The notes below the pieces were generated by a model that worked only from the letters and a program-made list of their open reading frames with translations, did no database searches and was not told where the DNA came from. A stretch of DNA of 64,000 nucleotides from Actinomycetes bacterium (GTDB lineage: Bacteria > Actinomycetota > Acidimicrobiia > Acidimicrobiales > JAJYXR01). The first letter of the stretch is position 1, and each line of letters starts with the position of its first letter. The stretch lies in NCBI GenBank assembly GCA_021801795.1, contig JAJYXR010000004.1, positions 106,607-170,606 of the forward strand, in the 5' to 3' direction. This document shows positions 63,121 through 64,000 of this stretch, piece by piece. A program made the position numbers and the translations under genes.

Positions 63121-63888
63121 ATGGTTCTTCGCGTGCCAGATACGCATCCTCCGCTGCCGACCCCCGGTCCGTCAGTGCATCCCATAGAGGCCGAGAGCTA
63201 CCGCATCATCTCCGATCGCGTCGACATCTCTGGCTACCCTGTGGCCACTCAGGCGATCGTCGCGAGAGTGCTCCATGCGACAGCCGACCCGGAGCTGGCC
63301 GCATCCCTGGTCGCCGAGCCCGCGTCAGTGCAACACGGCGCGTCCCTCCTGGCCGCCGGCGCGCATGTCGTCTGCGACGTGGAGATGCTGCGCGCGGGGA
63401 TCCCTTCGCTGGATGCCTGCTGCCACCTCGCCGATGCCGCTGGATCGCCGACCGGCTACCCTACGCGCTCGGCCACTGGGATTCGCCTGGCTGGCATGGC
63501 CCACCCTCGAGGCGCAGTGTTCGCCGTCGCCTGCGCGCCCAGTGCCCTCACCGCGCTCATGGACCTCATAGAAGACGGGACCTGCAGGCCTGAGCTGGTG
63601 GTGGCCCTACCGGTAGGGTTCGTCGGAGCGGCCCAAGCCAAGCAGCGGGCTCTGGGCGTCTGCGCGGAGCACTCCGTCCCGATCATCGCGAACCGAGGCG
63701 AGCGAGGTGGATCCGCTGCTGGTGCTGCGGTGCTGAACGCGCTCAGGCGCATGTCCCCGCCGGGTCTGCCGGGTCTGCCGGGTCTGCCGGGTCTGCCGGG
63801 TCTGCCGGGTCCGCCGGGTCTGCCGGGTCTGCCGGGTCTGCCGGGTCCGCCGGGTCCGCAGGAGGAGCTGGCCTTCCCCGATGGATGA
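63121..63888 (+). CDS. cobH: precorrin-8X methylmutase (CobH/CbiC) with a collagen-like C-terminal tail
   Basis: ...HPIEAESYRIISDRVDISGYP...VARVLHATADPELA...VVCDVEM...FAVACAPSAL...VVALPVGFVGAAQAK..., followed by a PGL/PGP repeat tail. Confidence 0.88.
   Translation: MVLRVPDTHPPLPTPGPSVHPIEAESYRIISDRVDISGYPVATQAIVARVLHATADPELAASLVAEPASVQHGASLLAAGAHVVCDVEMLRAGIPSLDACCHLADAAGSPTGYPTRSATGIRLAGMAHPRGAVFAVACAPSALTALMDLIEDGTCRPELVVALPVGFVGAAQAKQRALGVCAEHSVPIIANRGERGGSAAGAAVLNALRRMSPPGLPGLPGLPGLPGLPGPPGLPGLPGLPGPPGPQEELAFPDG
63760..63858. repeat. 9-bp tandem repeat x11 (ccgggtctg / ccgggtccg) at the cobH 3' end
   Basis: Read directly from the sequence. It encodes PGLPGLPGLPGLPGLPGPPGLPGLPGLPGPPGP, which is 11 consecutive G-X-Y triplets. 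Confidence 0.95.
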
Positions 63889-63889
63889 G

Positions 63890-64000
63890 ATGCCACCCGC
63901 CATCTTCCTGATCGGTCACGGCACCCGCTCGCCCGAGGGCACCCGCCAGCTTCACTCCCTGGCACGCGAGGTCTCCGCTGTCAGGCCCGATGTGCCCTCA
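63890..64000 (+). CDS. cbiX: CbiX/SirB-like sirohydrochlorin chelatase, N-terminal fragment (runs off the window)
   Basis: MPPAIFLIGHGTRSPEGTRQLHSLAREV... matches the CbiX N-terminal (L/I)xGHGSR motif. The in-frame ATG 63881 is an alternative start. Only ~37 codons are visible. Confidence 0.5.
   Translation, partial: MPPAIFLIGHGTRSPEGTRQLHSLAREVSAVRPDVPS

Noticed and set aside
616-63858. Whether any of the tandem arrays is a CRISPR array.
   Set aside because: The units are directly contiguous with no unique spacers and are 9-126 bp long. Most are inside coding frames, and no cas genes are present.

Overview
Very GC-rich chromosomal core region of an actinobacterium. The lineage call rests on mshC (mycothiol), the pgsA-acyltransferase-pimA PIM block, an F420-type reductase, an InhA/FabI-type reductase, and gene order colinear with the Mycobacterium aroE-mltG-ruvX-alaS and ruvCAB-yajC-secDF-relA-hisS-aspS and pdxST/pimA/thrS neighbourhoods. 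I support about 57 CDS. Positions 5.7-36 kb are one almost uninterrupted minus-strand array of housekeeping genes, many joined by 4-nt start/stop overlaps. Positions 44-64 kb hold a cobalamin cluster in two divergent operons. A clear cobalamin riboswitch heads the minus-strand operon cobU-cobS-cbiB-cobC::cobQ-cobN-chlID. I saw no tRNA/rRNA genes, CRISPR arrays, transposases, integrases or recognisable defence genes, and I did not find a convincing discrete novel multi-gene system. The signals the annotation does not explain are listed below.
(1) There is an unusual density of near-identical short tandem repeats. They are in frame inside core genes (aaRSs, Sec subunits, PIM enzymes, Cob enzymes), and non-triplet-length versions occur in three 5' leader or promoter regions.
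(2) A secreted S53 peptidase carries a 7-blade propeller-like tail in which 5 blades are near-identical 126-bp DNA copies. It is translationally coupled to rarA.
(3) A 13-bp self-complementary array sits in front of a ThrRS gene that lacks the TGS domain.
(4) The cob cluster has several oddities: a CobC/D-CobQ fusion, a cobB with no canonical start before its P-loop, a stand-alone 2x[4Fe-4S] ferredoxin coupled to CbiG-CobJ, early-type and late-type cobalt-insertion genes together, and a collagen-like (G-X-Y)11 tail on CobH.
All functional calls come from reading the translated ORFs against remembered family motifs. No database search was run.
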